This document shows positions 62,404 through 64,000 of a stretch of DNA of 64,000 nucleotides, piece by piece. The position numbers and the translations under genes are program-made. The stretch's first letter is position 1, and every line of letters starts with the position of its first letter. The notes beneath the pieces were generated by a model, which ran no database searches, was not told the DNA's origin, and worked only from the letters and a program-made list of their open reading frames with translations. The stretch comes from an uncultured Chloroflexia bacterium (GTDB taxonomy: Bacteria > Chloroflexota > Anaerolineae > Anaerolineales > E44-bin32), in the NCBI GenBank assembly GCA_963797485.1, contig CAWCPF010000003.1, positions 934,552-998,551 of the forward strand, given 5' to 3'.

Positions 62404-63363
62404 CTGCAGGGATGGACGAACTGCGGGCCGCGGCCGAGCTCGACCGGGTCCTGGGGGGCTCGGAACCCATAGCCGCAGGCTCCGCTATGGCGGAAGAGTT
62501 GGCGGCGCTGGTCGCCGCCGCGCAGAATGTTCGGACCCACTTGGCTCCGCCGCGACTTACCAAAGTCGCCGCGGCGCGGATGAGAGCCCGCGTGTTGGAC
62601 CGCGTCTCCGGTTCCCCTGCCAGTGCCGGGCGGCGCGTGGCACGCAGGCCCAGCTTCGTCCGTCAATACGCATTCGCGCTGGCGAGTGCAGTGCTGGTCG
62701 TGGCCGTGGCCGCAAGCGGTGTCGGCGTGGCTTACGCGGCCGGTCCGTCTCTGCCGGGCGACGCGCTGTACGGGGTCAAACTAGGCCTTGAATCTGCCCG
62801 ACTGGCGTTGACACTCGACCCCCATGCCAGGGGGGAGTATGTGCTGCAGTTGGCCGACCAGCGAGTGGGTGAAATCCAGGCTCTGATCGATACCGGCCGT
62901 AACCAGGATCTTGGTCCGGCCTACGACGGCTACCTCGGCGCCCTCTCGCAGGTCGAAGCTCTGGCCGCCGACGAAGATTTAACTGGGCGGGAACGGGCCC
63001 TGTCGGCCCTCCAGCATCATGTGGAGGTGCTGCAGTCGCTGATATCCCGCGTGCCCGAGTTCGGGCCTGACAGGCCTGCAAAACGCCCTCGAGCAATCCC
63101 AGCATGGCCTTCAGGTTCTGAACCAACTCGAGCAGGGACTGCCGCCCAATGAGATCGCGCCTGGCCAGCTTAACAAGACTCCCGGCCCCGACGATCAGGG
63201 TCAGAACCCCGGCCAGGGCAATGGCCACGGCCCGCCCCAGGGTACCCCCGGGCAAGGGAACAAGCCGGACACGCCTCCCGGACAGGGCGGAGGCTCTCCC
63301 GGACCCCCCGATGGGCATGGAAACGGCGCCTCGGGCGATCACCCAGGTAAGGGTGGATACTGA
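62400..63363 (+). CDS. Putative membrane-anchored anti-sigma (DUF5667-like) with Gly/Pro-rich tail; frameshift near 63060
   Basis: TM segment, then SLPGDALYGVKLGLE, LADQRVGE; tail PGQGNGHGPPQGTPGQGNK. Confidence 0.72.
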
Positions 63364-63431
63364 CGGTCTGACCTTTGCTGCACGCGTCATCAGGACCGTG
63401 TTGCCCGTGAGCGTGTGTTAGCATCCCATGT

Positions 63432-63788
63432 GTGGCAGCCAATGAGCCTTCGGCGATTATCGCCCGCGAGTACGAGCTCGCTTGGGCAGCCCGGCGCGCC
63501 GGGAATGAGGGCCGGGCACGGGTGTGCGCCCGACGCGCCGCCGGCTGGGCCGTGAGGCTCTCCACCGACGGCCGTTCTCCGGGGCGAGTCTCCGGGAATG
63601 TGCTGCGCAGGCTTGAGGCATTCTCCCGAGATCCGGAGGCGGCCATCGAGCTTCGCCAGGCTGCGGCGCGCCTGACCACCCGCCTCAGCCCTGATCACCA
63701 ACTCCCCCATTTGCAGGACCCGCTTGAGGATGCCCGCCTGATCATCGAGGCCTGCCTGCCCGGGGCGATACCCCCGGCCGCGGCATAG
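63432..63788 (+). CDS. Hypothetical protein
   Basis: GNEGRARVCARRAAG motif; fits between neighbouring same-strand genes. Confidence 0.6.
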   Translation: MAANEPSAIIAREYELAWAARRAGNEGRARVCARRAAGWAVRLSTDGRSPGRVSGNVLRRLEAFSRDPEAAIELRQAAARLTTRLSPDHQLPHLQDPLEDARLIIEACLPGAIPPAAA

Positions 63789-63792
63789 GGCC

Positions 63793-64000
63793 ATGGCGGA
63801 TCCTCGCCAATCGATGGACCCCGAGGAGTTCTTCGATCCCGTCTCGGGGATGACCTATCGGGTGCGGCCGGCGGCGATGGCCGCGCGCCCGGGGGACGTC
63901 CTGCTGCATGGCTACGGCGGGGACGAGAAGGTCCTGTGGGTGATCGAGTTGGCGCTGGTTTCAGGCGGCGTGGTGGCGGCCCCGCGCGGGCCGTTCCCGG
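63793..64000 (+). CDS. Alpha/beta hydrolase (phospholipase/carboxylesterase-like), truncated by window edge
   Basis: LLHGYGGDE...APRGP. Confidence 0.6.
   Translation, partial: MADPRQSMDPEEFFDPVSGMTYRVRPAAMAARPGDVLLHGYGGDEKVLWVIELALVSGGVVAAPRGPFP

Noticed and set aside
61851-63152. 433-aa sigma/anti-sigma fusion
   Set aside because: Sigma region 4 finishes in a shifted frame with a stop at 62403 overlapping the next ATG, so these are two genes
409-63363. Programmed ribosomal frameshifting as the cause of split genes
   Set aside because: Shifts are scattered over unrelated genes, often several per gene, without consistent slippery sites

Overview
High-GC bacterial chromosomal segment; gene content and style suggest Chloroflexi/Anaerolineae, which is an inference only. 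Many genes carry single-base indels that look like long-read consensus errors. From left to right: (1) a mannose-family PTS operon (HPr, GntR, EIIA, Zn-dehydrogenase, EIIB/C/D, class I aldolase); (2) an internally deleted LLM-oxidoreductase remnant and a xanthine-dehydrogenase-family Mo enzyme pair; (3) hypABFCDE, dsrE/tusA/ArsR and an FAD reductase; (4) a HicAB toxin-antitoxin pair between two near-identical full-length tRNA(CAT) genes; (5) a ~16.5 kb sugar-catabolic cluster (Gfo/Idh/MocA, two GntR, PfkB, split transketolase, SAF-domain NAD oxidoreductase, TIM-barrel enzyme, ABC importer with two ATPases, fucose-isomerase-like protein, Pfk) headed by a perfect 30-bp palindrome; (6) hemW; (7) a SorC-controlled divergon coupling a glucitol-family PTS (split and permuted EIIBC, own EI and HPr, no srlD) to a second SAF-domain oxidoreductase, a degenerate class II aldolase and an acetoin-dehydrogenase-like E1a/E1b/E2 complex, ending at tRNA-Pro; (8) M20 peptidase, cyclase, HOGA1-like aldolase, FAD oxidoreductase, folK/folB/SDR/folE, cydAB with a Rex box, and an ECF sigma/anti-sigma pair. 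The best candidate for an undescribed system is locus (7), together with its sister locus (5). All family calls come from motif recognition by eye; no database searches were run.
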